Source: Phycisphaeraceae bacterium (GTDB lineage Bacteria > Planctomycetota > Phycisphaerae > Phycisphaerales > Zrk34). Taken from it: DNA of 64,000 nucleotides. This document shows, piece after piece, positions 62,559 through 64,000 of this stretch. Positions within the stretch are counted from its first letter, which is position 1; every line of letters begins with the position of its first letter. The stretch lies in assembly GCA_040905565.1 (NCBI GenBank), contig JBBDRF010000092.1:128001-192000 (forward strand), in the 5' to 3' direction. Made by a program: the position numbers and the translations under genes. The notes under the pieces were generated by a model, which worked only from the letters and a program-made list of their open reading frames with translations, did not search any database and was not told the DNA's origin.

Positions 62559-63742
62559 TCACCCCACCTTCGCAATCACGGCGCGGGCTTTCCGGTCATT
62601 TTGCTCGGCGTAGGTCTGGGTGATGACGAGGCTGCTGTGCCCCAGAACGATCGAGGCGACCTCGAGCCCGAAGTCCCGGCGGAGGTAGGTGGCTGCATTG
62701 TGCCGGAGGCGGTGCGGTCCCCACACGGGAATTCCTTCACGTTCGCAAAGTCGATGAATTTGACGTCGATAGCTGGCGGTCGTGTACTGACGCGCGATCG
62801 TGCGGCTTGTCTGCGGGACGTTCGGCTTTTGGTTCGGACGCCGACCTCTACCCTTTGTTGCCAATCTCGCTTTCGCCTCAGCGTTCGACTCGCGCGGGGA
62901 GAATAGTGGCTGGTCCGTCGGGCGCTCGGTCGTGATGAACAGCCGCAGAATGCGCTGAGCCTTCGGACCGAAGTACAGCACGCGAGCCTTGCCGTGATGC
63001 GCGGTCTTGTGCTGCTTCTCATCGGTGGAGCCGTCGTAGGTGACGGTCCAGCAGCGGCGGTCGCTCGTGTCCAGGTCGCACGCTCGCAAACGGATCAGTT
63101 CATCCGCCCGGGCTCCGGTGAGAAGTTGCAAGTCGATGAGGGCGCGAACGGGGCGGGTCATGTTGCGGCGGTTTCGAATGCGTCGGATGTGATGCCGGGG
63201 GACTGGCTTCACGCGGTCGCGGTCGGGGGCTTCGCCACGCGCCAGAGCCTCGACCGTGGCAAGCCGCCGATACACTCGCTCGCTACAAAGTTCATGCGAC
63301 GCCGCCCACTTGAACGCCTGCCGGACGCGGGAAACCTGCTTGTTGATGTGCGACCGACTCCACCCCGCTTCGATCATGCTCTGGCGAACGGCGCGAAGTC
63401 GCTTCGGCCCGAACGCCTCGGCGGGTTCCGATCCGTAAAGTTTGCGAACGTGGCGGATGGCGCGGCGGATGGTATCAATTTCGGAGTCGCTGTACCGCTG
63501 CGCCGCGTGCCTGATGTAGGCCACGCAGACGATGGTGACCGTGTTGTCCTCCGCGGCTGGCTCATCGGACGCCTGCGGAAGCCTGCGCCCGTTTGAAAGC
63601 ACTCGGCGACGGTGCGGTCATATTGCTGCTGAGCTTCGGCGGAGCCGTAGGGGCCCAAACGGATGACTTCACCATCGATTTGAACGATGGCGGTAGCCCG
63701 GTTACGGGTCATCTTTGGGGGTCGGTTTTTGAGTCGTGGCAC
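62559..63742 (-). pseudogene. Tyrosine recombinase/integrase with a 1-nt frameshift near 63602
   Basis: N-terminal LGPYGS.EA..QY.R..AE continues in another frame (gag tg ctt). Catalytic motifs TGAR..E, HKT.HH, PHRLRH, LGH and T..YAE. Confidence 0.9.
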
Positions 63743-63842
63743 GGTGCGGGTCTCCTAAAACTGTGCAATGCACGGTTTTGCGGATGCCGCACCTTTGGGA
63801 AGGGTTGACGCTAACTTGCGTCCTCGGCTGCGTTTGTTGCAA

Positions 63843-63916
63843 TGGGCGATACAGGACTCGAACCTGTGACCTCACGGGTGTGATCCGTGCGCTCTAGCCA
63901 GCTGAGCTAATCGCCC
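63843..63916 (-). tRNA. tRNA-Val(CAC), CCA not encoded
   Basis: GGGCGAT/ATCGCCC acceptor stem; GCTC/GAGC D stem; CACGG-ATCACAC-CCGTG anticodon arm; ACAGG-TTCGAGT-CCTGT T arm. Confidence 0.96.
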
Positions 63917-64000
63917 GTCGGTGAGCAAGCATAGATGGGGGGCCCAGCGGCGTCAAGCGGGGGTTAATCGCGATTACGGGCGGTTGCCACGCCGTGCGGG

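Larger units (their letters stand above)
59778..63842 (-). mobile_element. Degraded tRNA-integrated satellite-like element
   Basis: Order tRNA 3' end, integrase, HTH gene, excisionase-like gene, P4/D5 primase; no capsid or tail genes visible. Confidence 0.75.

Noticed and set aside
1..64000. CRISPR array, retron/DGR reverse transcriptase, rRNA, known defence systems
   Set aside because: No spaced repeats, RT motifs, rRNA signatures or recognisable defence genes were seen by eye.

Overview
High-GC, planctomycete-like DNA. The host is probably Phycisphaerae, inferred from DUF1501/DUF1549-DUF1553 genes, PVC-type haem proteins and a PEP-CTERM protein. The window looks like a mosaic accessory region ending at a tRNA-Val(CAC) integration site. 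From left to right it holds: (1) a small DsrE/DUF3179/HEAT-redoxin module; (2) a ~35 kb exported catabolic-redox cluster in which four ceramidase-like metallohydrolases each sit beside one of four PVC-type beta-propeller/CxxCH cytochrome proteins, with two DUF1553+DUF1501 pairs, one decaying and cut by a DUF932/integrase remnant; (3) a Tad/Flp pilus locus plus a lone dihydrolipoyl dehydrogenase, bracketed by rve-transposase remnants and an imperfect 42-bp inverted repeat, with a deletion joining cpaE to cpaF; (4) an ECF sigma / FecR-LamG / PEP-CTERM / prepilin / oxidoreductase operon; (5) a degraded satellite-like integrative element (tyrosine integrase, HTH, P4/D5 primase) at the tRNA. I saw no CRISPR array, reverse transcriptase or rRNA. 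Family calls come from motif recognition by eye, not database searches. Lesions and junctions could be assembly errors until reads are checked.
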